Positions 1-9,058 of a stretch of DNA of 54,578 nt are shown here, one piece after another (position 1 is the stretch's first letter; each line of letters starts with the position of its first letter). Origin of the DNA: a virus (lineage: Duplodnaviria; Heunggongvirae; Uroviricota; Caudoviricetes). The notes below the pieces were generated by a model. That model saw nothing but the letters and a program-made list of their open reading frames with translations, did not search any database and was not told the DNA's origin. The stretch lies in IMG/VR virus record IMGVR_UViG_3300013383_000019; one strand, given 5' to 3'. Made by a program: the position numbers and the translations under genes.

Positions 1-1104
1 CCGAAAGAAAAAGGCAAACTCCTCATCGACGAAGACACCCGCTGGATCATCGAAAAGATATACGCGCTTGCGCTGGAAGGAAACGGCTACAATGTAATCG
101 CAAGGTATCTGAGGACGTCCAAAGTCCCTACCCCGGGCTGGGTTGGCTATAGCCGCTACGGCGCGTATTCGCAATACTATGAGAACGCCGCCGAAGAGAA
201 GAAAAGCTTCTGGCAAAGCTCCGCCGTGCGTTCCATACTGATGGATGAAACATACATTGGAAATACGATTCATTACCGCAGGCAAAAGATTTCGTACAAA
301 AGCAAAAAACGAATTCACAACTCCGCTGATGAGTTTTACCGGGTAGAAAATACCCATCCGCCTCTTATATCGCGCGAGACATTCGAGCGGGTTCAGGAAA
401 ATATTTCACGGCGGCGTCGTTCCTGCGGGGATGGGACGCCCCAGCTTTTCGCCGGTCTGCTAAAATGTTCAACCTGCGGGAAAGCGTTGAAAGCCCGTCC
501 CTGCTATGCTCCCGACGATAAAGCCTACGTCTGCCGGCAATATTCGGAATTCGGTAAAGAACACTGCACCGCGCATTACATAAGGCAGTCTACCCTCTAC
601 AATTATGTGCTATCACGGATACAGTATTGGACCTCGACACTCGCTGGGAACGAAATAGATTTTGCCCAGGAGATTATGAATTCTTCGCGCAAAGCAACTC
701 AGTCTAGTGGGGACAAGGAGCAAGCGAAGCTTGATGATAAAAAGCGGCGTCTACGAAAAATAGACGGGATGCTCGCCTCACTCTATGAGGATCGCGCCGA
801 AGGAAACATCACTCCGAACAATTTCTCGACGCTGCTCAAAAAATACCAAGACGAGCAAACCGCCCTTCAAGAATTCATCGCTGCCGCCGAAGAAGCACAA
901 CGAGCTACCGACGAAACCCAAAGAGGTCTTAACGAATGGGCTAACATGGTCAAACGTTACACCCATCCAACCAAACTGACTATCCCGATGCTCAATGCGC
1001 TGATCGACAAAATCGTAGTCCACGATAGACGCTGTGACCAGAATGGCAAACCAACGCAGAAAATAGAAATTTACTACAAGTTCGCCGGGAAGCTCGACCA
1101 ATAG
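1..1104 (+). CDS. Large serine recombinase (integrase), 5'-truncated by window
   Basis: Frame +1 open from base 1. Recombinase-domain motifs, zinc ribbon (CSTC...C...C), coiled coil and DUF4368-like C-terminus (LIDKIVVH...IEIYYKF). Ends in TAG, with an in-frame TGA at 1117-1119. Confidence 0.9.
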   Translation, partial: PKEKGKLLIDEDTRWIIEKIYALALEGNGYNVIARYLRTSKVPTPGWVGYSRYGAYSQYYENAAEEKKSFWQSSAVRSILMDETYIGNTIHYRRQKISYKSKKRIHNSADEFYRVENTHPPLISRETFERVQENISRRRRSCGDGTPQLFAGLLKCSTCGKALKARPCYAPDDKAYVCRQYSEFGKEHCTAHYIRQSTLYNYVLSRIQYWTSTLAGNEIDFAQEIMNSSRKATQSSGDKEQAKLDDKKRRLRKIDGMLASLYEDRAEGNITPNNFSTLLKKYQDEQTALQEFIAAAEEAQRATDETQRGLNEWANMVKRYTHPTKLTIPMLNALIDKIVVHDRRCDQNGKPTQKIEIYYKFAGKLDQ

Positions 1105-1204
1105 AATGTTTCCTTATGAAGGGGAACCCTTCCTTTACACTACGTAAGGAACTACTATACTACACAATGAACTACATCTCCTGCATTTGCATGCGTCCAA
1201 AAAC

Positions 1205-1256
1205 AAAAAATGACCCTGCCACCTCCGGAAAGGAAGTAGCAGGGTCAAATTTTTTC
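1205..1256 (-). terminator. Intrinsic terminator between convergent holin and integrase, possibly bidirectional
   Basis: TGACCCTGC/GCAGGGTCA stem extended by G-U pairs on the - strand, with A-run and T-run flanks. Confidence 0.85.
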
Positions 1257-1257
1257 T

Positions 1258-1539
1258 TTATCCTTCGCAGTCTTCGTCGTCATAGACATCATCGTCCACA
1301 GAATTTCTCATCGCAGACTCAATCTTCTTGAAATTTTCTATACCAGCTTTTCCGAAATATCCGACATGAACCGCCCCGGCCAATGTGGCCGCGGTCTGCA
1401 GTACATCGATCATATAATCCCCTACCGCGGGAAACAAAGCGATCATCACAATAACAAGCACAACCAGCGCCCAGAATATCCAGAAAGTTCTGAAAAGAAT
1501 AATTTTCGAAGTCTCGGGTTTAGAAAGATTTTGTTTCAT
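1258..1539 (-). CDS. Holin-like membrane protein (93 aa)
   Basis: Two hydrophobic segments, acidic C-terminus, last gene of the lysis cassette. Confidence 0.65.
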   Translation of the reverse strand: MKQNLSKPETSKIILFRTFWIFWALVVLVIVMIALFPAVGDYMIDVLQTAATLAGAVHVGYFGKAGIENFKKIESAMRNSVDDDVYDDEDCEG

Positions 1540-1850
1540 TGTTTCCCTGGCTCAGTGGGGAGTTCGTCCAGCGCCTCTTTCAAATGCCGGACAATGCCGT
1601 TCCCGCCGAGCGTTATATATTGTTTGAACATATCCTCGACCACTTCGCGCGCATCGATTGGAAAATACCCGAGATGTTCGTATTGATTGTGTGCCTGATA
1701 AAGCCGGTCCCGCAGCAGCGCCACCATTCCGTGTCTGAGCGCTTTTTGCGTGCTCGCCTCTTTCTTGATATACGCGACGAACGCTCCAACGACCGCCGTC
1801 AGCAGCTACTCAACCCAATACTTTACCAGGAATTGAATTAGCCATTCCAC
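1536..1850 (-). CDS. Lysis-cassette membrane protein (104 aa) with in-frame TAG at codon 15 (1806-1808)
   Basis: AGGAG RBS then GTG. MEWLIQFLVKYWVE*LLTAVVGAFVAYIKK runs in frame into ORF 1536..1727 (MVALLRDRL...). N-terminal TM helix spans the TAG. Confidence 0.8.
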
Positions 1851-1865
1851 CAGGAATCACTCCTG

Positions 1866-2774
1866 TCAATATATTTTTGCCTGCTGAAGCAAGGCTCTGA
1901 ACGCTTCGGCCTCGGCTCTTGTGTCGAACCGGACGCCGACCGTGTAGGCACTAGGCTCGGATTCACCACGCACCGACACATAGGCGGCCATAACATACCC
2001 CGTTTGCCCATTGTACTCCACTTCGTACCACCCGTCCGTGATCGTTTCCGTGCTCAGGATATTCACTTCAGCCCCATTAGGAATCTTCAGAATCCGGTCA
2101 GCCGAAGCGCCTGGATATTTCCGCATATTGAGCGCGCCGCCGTTCGCGGTCGTTACCGTTCCAATCATTGTTATCGGCACCTCTTTTTCTTGCGCGGGGC
2201 GTATTTCGCACCCCGGATAATAAAACGCGAGAATTTCCTCGCAGGTTTTGCCGAGCGTGCCCGCCGCGTACTTCGCGCCTTCCTGGCTCATGCCCACGCC
2301 GTGTCCCAACTTCTTTCCGTTTGTAGCCGCCAAGTCCCACGGGTCATCCTGCGAAGGCAGGTATGGGAGCGCCGTTGAATTCCAACGCTCCGCGTTGCTG
2401 ATTTCGCGCCCGCCATTTGACTTGCTGAACGGGCAGCTTGTCAGAGGTTTGCCGTCATAATAGAGCACGAGTCCGGCCGTTGCTTTTACGCCGCGATGCG
2501 CGTTTTCATAAGCAGGGTCTACAGCCCGCTCCGCCCGATACGCCTGCGCCGTAGAGGACGCGTCGCTGATGGGCACGCCCTTCGTTAGATACGGGAGCGC
2601 GTATGTTCGAGCCGCGATGGTCTGTGCTTTGCATGCCTCCAGCGGGGCGACTCCTATCTCGCTCGCCACAACGCCCAGTAAATACTGCTCGAAGGGGATG
2701 GAAACAACATCCCCTTTGGCAGCATGATAATAGTCCGCGTTTGTTTTACGCGTGAGCTTAACCTTGATGTTCAT
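1866..2774 (-). CDS. SpoIID/LytB-domain cell-wall hydrolase with C-terminal SH3b (endolysin)
   Basis: EQYLLGVVASE, KAQTIAARTY and GHGVGMSQ.GA...LAFYYPG SpoIID motifs; LNMR..P...WY.V.YNG..GYV SH3b. Confidence 0.85.
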   Translation of the reverse strand: MNIKVKLTRKTNADYYHAAKGDVVSIPFEQYLLGVVASEIGVAPLEACKAQTIAARTYALPYLTKGVPISDASSTAQAYRAERAVDPAYENAHRGVKATAGLVLYYDGKPLTSCPFSKSNGGREISNAERWNSTALPYLPSQDDPWDLAATNGKKLGHGVGMSQEGAKYAAGTLGKTCEEILAFYYPGCEIRPAQEKEVPITMIGTVTTANGGALNMRKYPGASADRILKIPNGAEVNILSTETITDGWYEVEYNGQTGYVMAAYVSVRGESEPSAYTVGVRFDTRAEAEAFRALLQQAKIY

Positions 2775-3175
2775 TATTCAGCCTGTTCGTCATTATTAAA
2801 CGCTTTGGCGAGCTCCTTCAGTGCCGCGGCACTCATCTGTTTCAGCGCCGCCTCAATAGCCGCGCGGTCGACCTTTAGCCCCGCCTGTTCCAGTTTCTGT
2901 CCGATGAGGGCCCACAGTTCGTCGTATTGCTTGGTGAGCTTGTTCTTGTTGAAATTCTTTCGAACTACGCCCGTCACGATCGTGGTCAACAGGCCGAGCA
3001 CAAAGCATAGCACCGCCACTGCCAGTTCGGTCAGGTCGAAAGCACCGGCAGCGTCCGGTTCAGTCACAGGTGCCACAGGAGCGGTCGGTTCAGCCGCTGT
3101 CTCCGCCGCGGCGATACCAACGCATACTGTCATCATAAAAACCTATGTGAGCAAAATGCAAAACACTTTATTCAT
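2774..3175 (-). CDS. Signal-peptide-bearing, LL-H holin-like membrane protein with in-frame TAG at codon 11 (3143-3145)
   Basis: AAGGAGG RBS, MNKVFCILLT*VFMMTVCVGIAAAE joins ORF 2774..3136; internal TM and IEAAL..M motif. Confidence 0.8.
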
Positions 3176-3189
3176 AATATTTCCTCCTT

Positions 3190-3507
3190 TTAGCGCGCAA
3201 AAACAATGTAATTTGTAATGGACGACATTGTTCCACTGGTTGCGGTAAGCGTCAGTTTTGTGCCCGACAAAACCCACGTTGCATACGCGCCGCCATTCGC
3301 AGTTTTTGTAGTAACTGTTCCGTCTTTCGAATAAGACCAGATTTCACGAGAGTACCCACTCGACACACTGTAATCCGCCACGCCCACCCATTCAGTCGGA
3401 GCGAACCCCAGATCAAATGTGAAGTTGCCGCGGTCAGCAGTGCCAGCCTCAAAGAAAATTTTCGCGCTCCCGCCGCCACTGCCTGTGGCCAAAGGCTGCA
3501 TGATCAT
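3190..3507 (-). CDS. Hypothetical tail-associated protein (105 aa)
   Basis: AGGAGGG RBS, beta-rich Ser/Thr/Gly composition, lies in the tail fibre block. Confidence 0.7.
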   Translation of the reverse strand: MIMQPLATGSGGGSAKIFFEAGTADRGNFTFDLGFAPTEWVGVADYSVSSGYSREIWSYSKDGTVTTKTANGGAYATWVLSGTKLTLTATSGTMSSITNYIVFAR

Positions 3508-3518
3508 AGTATCCCTCC

Positions 3519-4280
3519 TTATACCGGTACGCGGATGTAGACGACGCCTTGGTAACCCGCACCAGCGGTACCGGTATTTGGCCCGTAAGTTCCCATAGAA
3601 CCCGCACCATATCCACCGCCGCCAGAACCATAAAATGTCGCAGCTTTGCCATTGATCGAGTGACGCGAACCGCCCTGCCCACCGCCATAATTACCACCAG
3701 CGCCAGCGTCGCCGATACCGCTTGTTGACTTTGCCCCGTTGCTACCGTTCGAGCCGCCAGCGCCGCCATTGTATTGCCAACTATTATCGTCGGAGGAATA
3801 ATTCACGCCGCCACCGCCGCCGCCTGCGCAATGACACCTAAAGTTTGTCGTGTCCCCGAAAGGGTATTTAGTTATCCCGTCGCCTGTGGGAGCGTTAAAG
3901 TTTGCGCCAATATTTCCACCGCCGCCACCTGTGCCCCCGTTGGCTGTTGTCGTGCCATTCGCACTGACAAGTGAGCCAACTGAGGTATTCCCGCCGGAAC
4001 CGCCTATGGCAACCACATAATCACAGTGAAGGGACTGAGCGTCTACCTGCGCGCAATACGCGCCAGCACCGCCGCTGTAATACGAGTAGGTTGCCCCGCC
4101 CCCGCAGCACCACACATCCACATTCTTCGCCGTCCCCGTCACGGTCAGCGTGCCAGAGCCGGTCAGCGTATACAGGTCATACGTCACGCCACCGGAAGTG
4201 ATCTGCTTGAGCGTGTAAGCACCGGTATAGGTGAACTCGGCCTTTCCCGCCTTGCCGGGCAAGCTTATATTCAATATCAT
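3519..4280 (-). CDS. Glycine-rich tail/receptor-binding protein, paralog 1
   Basis: Start MILNISLPG after AGGAG RBS (ORF track start at 4403 too early). GGGGA repeats, C-terminal GAGYQGVVYIRVP. Confidence 0.8.
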   Translation of the reverse strand: MILNISLPGKAGKAEFTYTGAYTLKQITSGGVTYDLYTLTGSGTLTVTGTAKNVDVWCCGGGATYSYYSGGAGAYCAQVDAQSLHCDYVVAIGGSGGNTSVGSLVSANGTTTANGGTGGGGGNIGANFNAPTGDGITKYPFGDTTNFRCHCAGGGGGGVNYSSDDNSWQYNGGAGGSNGSNGAKSTSGIGDAGAGGNYGGGQGGSRHSINGKAATFYGSGGGGYGAGSMGTYGPNTGTAGAGYQGVVYIRVPV

Positions 4281-6514
4281 GCCGTCACTCCTTCTATGAC
4301 CACCACGTTGTATGTTACCGCTTCGTTCGGCACATCGCCGCCGCAAATAAAAGTAAGCGTTCCTGCCGCCTGTGCCGTGCATCGAATCTCTGCCGTCTGC
4401 CATGCCTCAAAGCTTGCTTCCGCCGGCGATACCTGCACCAGATTATCAGCCGTCACATGGGTGGCGGTCACGGTCTGCGTTTTCTCCGTCGCATCCCATC
4501 CTGCCGCCGTCAGGCTTACCGTATAAGCATAGAGGGTCGGTATAGTCGGTTTTCCACTCAGGTCGCCGTATGCTCCGGATGTGGCAACCGTCGCAAGCCC
4601 CGTAACGTCCGCCGCCGTATGTGTGTGGCTTGCCGCAGCGTAATCCGTTCCTGCCGTCGCAGCCGTAATCCCCGTGGAAGTTCCTTTCAGTAGACCCGTA
4701 GCGGTAATCTTGTTCTGCTTTGCCGAAAATAGCGTAGAGTGCGCGGAAGAAGAGGTGTTGTGTGTGTTCACAGCACCGCTCGCCTCAGCCCCCACCTCGC
4801 TTGCCGTGTAGGCGGGCTTGCTTTCGGCTTTCGCCCATGCAGGAACCGTGGGATCGGTTTCTGTGTAGCTCGTCAGATATTTAGCGTCGTTTTCAAAACT
4901 GGACACCTTCGTGGGGACTGTGGGGATCGTGGGTTTGTTCTTGATGAAAGCGTCTCCGCTTGTCGCCGTCCAGTCCGCCTGTACATTTTTCTGCGCCCCG
5001 GCTGCGATGCCACCAAGCTTTGTCTTCTCGTCGTCCGTGTAGTCGTTGCTGGATAGCCCTTTGCCCGTTACGGCACTCACCTTCCCTGCCAGTGCGGTTT
5101 CCAATCCAGTGATGTCCGTCTGTGCATGGGTGTGGTCGGCCGGTGTAAAGGCGTCAGGTTTTCCTGTAACGCTCGTCCATGTCGGCGCAACGTTCTTCTG
5201 CGCCCCCGCCTCGATTGCAGCCAGTTTTTCTTTCTCCGCCGTCGTGTAATCGTTCGTGGAAAGCCCCTTGCCTGTTACCGCGCTTACTTTGCCGGACAGA
5301 TCGGACGCTTTCGCGTAATATGCCGGCAGCTGTCCGCCCAGCTTGGCCGCATCGTCCACAATTCCGTCGCCGTTCGCGTCGTAAATGGCTTTCTGCATGT
5401 CGCCAACAGAGCCCGCACCATCGCCGTCCGCGCCGTCGTTAATGGTCGCGGTCTTCGTGCCGTCTTTGTCTGTGATGGTCAGTGTCGTGACTTTGCCCGT
5501 CTTGCTTACTGTAATGGTCGGGGATACGCCGTCGGTACCCTTTGCGCCTTGGCTTCCTGTTTCACCCTTCGCGCCGGGAGAACCAGTATCGCCCTTTGGG
5601 CCCTTGATGTTTACGCTCGCCGGGTTCGTCAAGCTCTTGTTGTTCGTCCAGCTCAGCACGCCCGCTTCGCTTACCGCCGGGGTAAATGTCGCGCCGTCCG
5701 CGCCGTCTTTACCATCCTTGCCTGCCGCGCCAGTGTCGCCTTTCGCGCCTTGGTCACCCTTCGCACCCGTCGGTCCCTGCAGCTGTCCCTGATCCTGCCA
5801 GCCCTTTGACGTATCCCACATGTAGATCGTGTAAGGCGCAGCCGTACCAATATTGTAATAGTCTCCCTGCGCCGGTGCGGTTACAGCCGCCTGCAGCGCG
5901 CTCAGCGTCGCATAGGTTCCGAGCACGCGGAAGTTTTTACCGTCTTCGCCCTTTGCGCCGTCTTTGCCGTCCTTGCCATCTTTGCCAGGTGCGCCTGTGT
6001 CTCCCTTTGCTCCCGTGTCGCCTTTTGGTCCCTGCGGTCCCTGAGGGCCTTGCGCTCCGACGAATTCGCCGTTATCCAGTTTTGTCTGCACGGTCGCCAC
6101 AATTGCCTGCGCGTTGCTCAGCGCGCCTTCGAGTTTGTCCAGCGTGTCCGCCACGGGGCTGTCCGGCGTTTCCGCCTGCCCGATCAGACTGCTGGCCACC
6201 GTCGCCGTATAGACCGCGCTCTTCACCCGCTTGTCGCCGACCAGAGCGCGGAGTTCTATCCTCATCTGGCCGGGGATAGAAACGTCCGCGTCGCTAATCG
6301 TAATAATTCTCGCGCTGCCGTCTGCGCTGCATTCCTTCAGGTACGCCCCAAGGTCGCCCTGCCGCTGCATCGCGCATACAATACTCGCGCCGGGGTATTC
6401 GGCGAGGACTTCGCCGCAGTCAAAGGCAATCTGCCTTGTTCCGTTTTCCCCGCGCCGCCCGATCAGGCCAAGCTCCTGTTCCCGCTGGGAGAACGCCGCG
6501 TTAATTGTTATCAT
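4277..6514 (-). CDS. Tail fibre / upper-baseplate-like protein with collagen-like G-X-Y repeats (745 aa)
   Basis: BppU-like N-terminus, GPQGPKGD repeats, repeated KGLS(T/S)NDYT modules, C-terminal LTAAGW...QAAG.LTF module. Confidence 0.85.
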   Translation of the reverse strand: MITINAAFSQREQELGLIGRRGENGTRQIAFDCGEVLAEYPGASIVCAMQRQGDLGAYLKECSADGSARIITISDADVSIPGQMRIELRALVGDKRVKSAVYTATVASSLIGQAETPDSPVADTLDKLEGALSNAQAIVATVQTKLDNGEFVGAQGPQGPQGPKGDTGAKGDTGAPGKDGKDGKDGAKGEDGKNFRVLGTYATLSALQAAVTAPAQGDYYNIGTAAPYTIYMWDTSKGWQDQGQLQGPTGAKGDQGAKGDTGAAGKDGKDGADGATFTPAVSEAGVLSWTNNKSLTNPASVNIKGPKGDTGSPGAKGETGSQGAKGTDGVSPTITVSKTGKVTTLTITDKDGTKTATINDGADGDGAGSVGDMQKAIYDANGDGIVDDAAKLGGQLPAYYAKASDLSGKVSAVTGKGLSTNDYTTAEKEKLAAIEAGAQKNVAPTWTSVTGKPDAFTPADHTHAQTDITGLETALAGKVSAVTGKGLSSNDYTDDEKTKLGGIAAGAQKNVQADWTATSGDAFIKNKPTIPTVPTKVSSFENDAKYLTSYTETDPTVPAWAKAESKPAYTASEVGAEASGAVNTHNTSSSAHSTLFSAKQNKITATGLLKGTSTGITAATAGTDYAAASHTHTAADVTGLATVATSGAYGDLSGKPTIPTLYAYTVSLTAAGWDATEKTQTVTATHVTADNLVQVSPAEASFEAWQTAEIRCTAQAAGTLTFICGGDVPNEAVTYNVVVIEGVTA

Positions 6515-6535
6515 CCGCCTCGCCTCCGCTGTTTG

Positions 6536-7141
6536 TTATGCCTGTTCCGTCCAGCCGTCCGGGTAGTCGGTCGGAGAATAGGTACAGCCGTCCATCTTGC
6601 AGATGTAATGCTTGCCATTGAATGTTATCTTGTCGCCGGTCTTGTATGCGTCGTGTGCCCCGGTCGGCTGAACAAACGCAGGCCATTCGTCGGTTTCGGT
6701 TCCGGTTTCTTCTCCGTCTGCTTTCCATGCACTCGCCAGATCGGTGGGGCTGTAGTTCGTGTCGGTCAGGCACTCGTAATACTTACCGTCCGTGAAGATC
6801 ATCCATTCGCCCTTGCGGTACATATCCTGCTCGCCGGTCGGGGCAACCCATGCCCGCGCCGTCTCCTTGGATGTGCCATGATACTGCATCCACAGCGCCG
6901 GGTATTTATCCGGGGTCCAGTCCGTGTTTTCGGTCGAGTCATGCGCCTGCACGCACTTGTACGGGACGCCTGCATAAACTCGAACATCGCCTACTGCATA
7001 TGCGCCCGCCTTCCAAGGGCGGATCATTTCTACTACGGCGTTAATTTCAACTGCGCCCTGCGCCGCCGCAAGCGTTACGCCGCCGTCCATCGCCGCTCGA
7101 ATTGCTTTCAGTTTGGTTCGCTGGCTTTCGCTCATATTCAT
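6536..7141 (-). CDS. Carbohydrate-binding (CBM5/12-like) repeat protein (201 aa)
   Basis: Three W..(G)..Y..GD.V/I...G..Y.C repeats. Confidence 0.8.
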   Translation of the reverse strand: MNMSESQRTKLKAIRAAMDGGVTLAAAQGAVEINAVVEMIRPWKAGAYAVGDVRVYAGVPYKCVQAHDSTENTDWTPDKYPALWMQYHGTSKETARAWVAPTGEQDMYRKGEWMIFTDGKYYECLTDTNYSPTDLASAWKADGEETGTETDEWPAFVQPTGAHDAYKTGDKITFNGKHYICKMDGCTYSPTDYPDGWTEQA

Positions 7142-7398
7142 TCGTCATCCGCTCCTTCCAGAATTGCAATTGCTTCCGTGACAGCCGCGCTGTCGCCGAT
7201 GGGCAGCGTGACCTGTTCCCCTTCTATATTGCGCGTCCAAGCACTGCCGTTAAAAAGATCACCGACCGTCAAGCCAAGAGGCCCTGCGTCGATCAGTACG
7301 CGCCCCAGCGCGATCTGCAGCTCACTTTGCTGGTCTTCGCGCGCCACAATTACATTTTCAACCATCGTATGGTCCGTCGATAAAACTGCAAATTTCAT
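7138..7398 (-). CDS. Small tail-fibre-associated protein (86 aa)
   Basis: AGGA RBS, ATGA overlap with the next gene. Confidence 0.7.
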   Translation of the reverse strand: MKFAVLSTDHTMVENVIVAREDQQSELQIALGRVLIDAGPLGLTVGDLFNGSAWTRNIEGEQVTLPIGDSAAVTEAIAILEGADDE

Positions 7399-7423
7399 TC
7401 CTTTATATCCTCCTGTTATTCAA

Positions 7424-8191
7424 TTATTCAGTTGGGATGAGCAGATACACAATGCCTTGGTAGCCGGAACCACCGTCATAGTATCTATTCGCATAGCCGG
7501 GGTCAACCGTAATCGAATAATGATCGCAGCCACCGCCGCCGCCGCCGCTACCGTAGAAAGTCGCAGCGCTGCCCCTGGCTTCATTGCCGCCATTACCGCC
7601 GCCACGAGTTCCTCCAGCACAATTCTCGCTATAGGTTGAGCCGTTACCGCCATTCGAACCGCCGTCATATCCGTAGATGGAGCTCACATAATAATTATAG
7701 TCGCTTTCTTTACCCGTGATAACCTCGCCTTTCCCAGCACCGCCACCGGCACAATGGCAATATAGGGACGTATCTCCAAACGGATACTTGGCAACGCCGT
7801 CGCCTTTGCCCGGGGAATAACTCGCCGTGCCACCGCCCCCAGTACCGCCGTCTCGACTAGATACGGCTGTAACAGACAGCAAAGAGCCAAATGATGTCGC
7901 TCCTTGTGCCGCGCCCACAGTAACAGCATAATCCCCTTTCAGATCTGTGCTGTCTAATTGCACGCAGTAAGCCCCCGCGCCGCCATCTCCGCCCTTCTTA
8001 CCGTTCGCCCCGCCTCCGCAGAGCCACATCTTTACACCTTTCGCTTTGCCCTTTACGTTCAGCGTGCCGGAACCGGTAATCTTGTAAAGCGTATAAGTCT
8101 GCCCGTTCAACGTATAGCTTTCGGTCGTGTGGTTTCCGCTGTACGTAACTGTAGCCTTCCCACCGCCGCCGATCATCCTGTTAAAAATCAT
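7424..8191 (-). CDS. Glycine-rich tail protein, paralog 2
   Basis: LCGGGANG, PFGD, HCAGGGG, FYGSGGGG and GSGYQGIVY motifs shared with the other paralogs. Confidence 0.8.
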   Translation of the reverse strand: MIFNRMIGGGGKATVTYSGNHTTESYTLNGQTYTLYKITGSGTLNVKGKAKGVKMWLCGGGANGKKGGDGGAGAYCVQLDSTDLKGDYAVTVGAAQGATSFGSLLSVTAVSSRDGGTGGGGTASYSPGKGDGVAKYPFGDTSLYCHCAGGGAGKGEVITGKESDYNYYVSSIYGYDGGSNGGNGSTYSENCAGGTRGGGNGGNEARGSAATFYGSGGGGGGCDHYSITVDPGYANRYYDGGSGYQGIVYLLIPTE

Positions 8192-8215
8192 AAGATCACC
8201 CTTTAGCCCTTATGT

Positions 8216-9040
8216 TTAAGCGGGCACGCGGATGTACACGATGCCCTGATAACCGGAGCCGCCATAGGCGCTGTTCGGGGTATACGTATAAGGGACGACC
8301 TTACATCCAGCGCCGCCGCCACCAGAACCATAAAATCTAGCGCCAGACCCGCTGTTCGGTCCCGAATTGGAGGACGATCCGCCAGTGCCGCCCCCATAGT
8401 TACCGCCGCTTCCGCCCGAAAGAGTGGAACTGTCCGAATACCTTCCTGCGCCGCCACTTCCGCCGTTCGAGCCGCCAGCGCCTCCGGTAAACCACTGCAA
8501 ATCCGCGCCGCGATAATATGCGCCGCCACCGCCGCCCGCACAATGCGGCTTAAATGTAGTACTGTCTCCGAACGGTATCTTGCTTTGTCCGTCGCCGGAA
8601 CCGCCGCCATAGCCAGATACATTCGTGCTCTCGCTCGACGGGCTTCTATATCCTCCCGCACCACCGCCGCCACTGCCGCCAGATTTCCCGGAGACGGCAG
8701 TAACAGAAAGCAGGGTTCCAAACGACGTTGTTCCTTGCGCCGCGCCTACCGTAATAGCATAGGATCCGCTCAGTGTTTGATTTTCCGCTGAAGCAGCATA
8801 AGCGCCGGCACCACCTTCCCCACGGCCGTCGTAGGTGTCTACCAGATTCGTTCCGTTCGCCCCGCCGCCGCAAAGCCAGATATCCACGCCTTTCGCGCGG
8901 CCCTTGACGGAGAGGGTGCCGGAGCCGGTAATCTTGTAAAGCGTGTAGGCCTGCCCGTCCGCCGTGTAGCTTTCCGTTGTGCAGGTTCCGCTGTAGGCAA
9001 TTTTTGCCTTCCCGCTCCCTGCTGGTAAATTCAGTATCAT
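8216..9040 (-). CDS. Glycine-rich tail protein, paralog 3
   Basis: Same motif set as paralogs 1, 2 and 4. Confidence 0.8.
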   Translation of the reverse strand: MILNLPAGSGKAKIAYSGTCTTESYTADGQAYTLYKITGSGTLSVKGRAKGVDIWLCGGGANGTNLVDTYDGRGEGGAGAYAASAENQTLSGSYAITVGAAQGTTSFGTLLSVTAVSGKSGGSGGGGAGGYRSPSSESTNVSGYGGGSGDGQSKIPFGDSTTFKPHCAGGGGGAYYRGADLQWFTGGAGGSNGGSGGAGRYSDSSTLSGGSGGNYGGGTGGSSSNSGPNSGSGARFYGSGGGGAGCKVVPYTYTPNSAYGGSGYQGIVYIRVPA

Positions 9041-9058
9041 ACTTTCCCCTTTCTGCCT

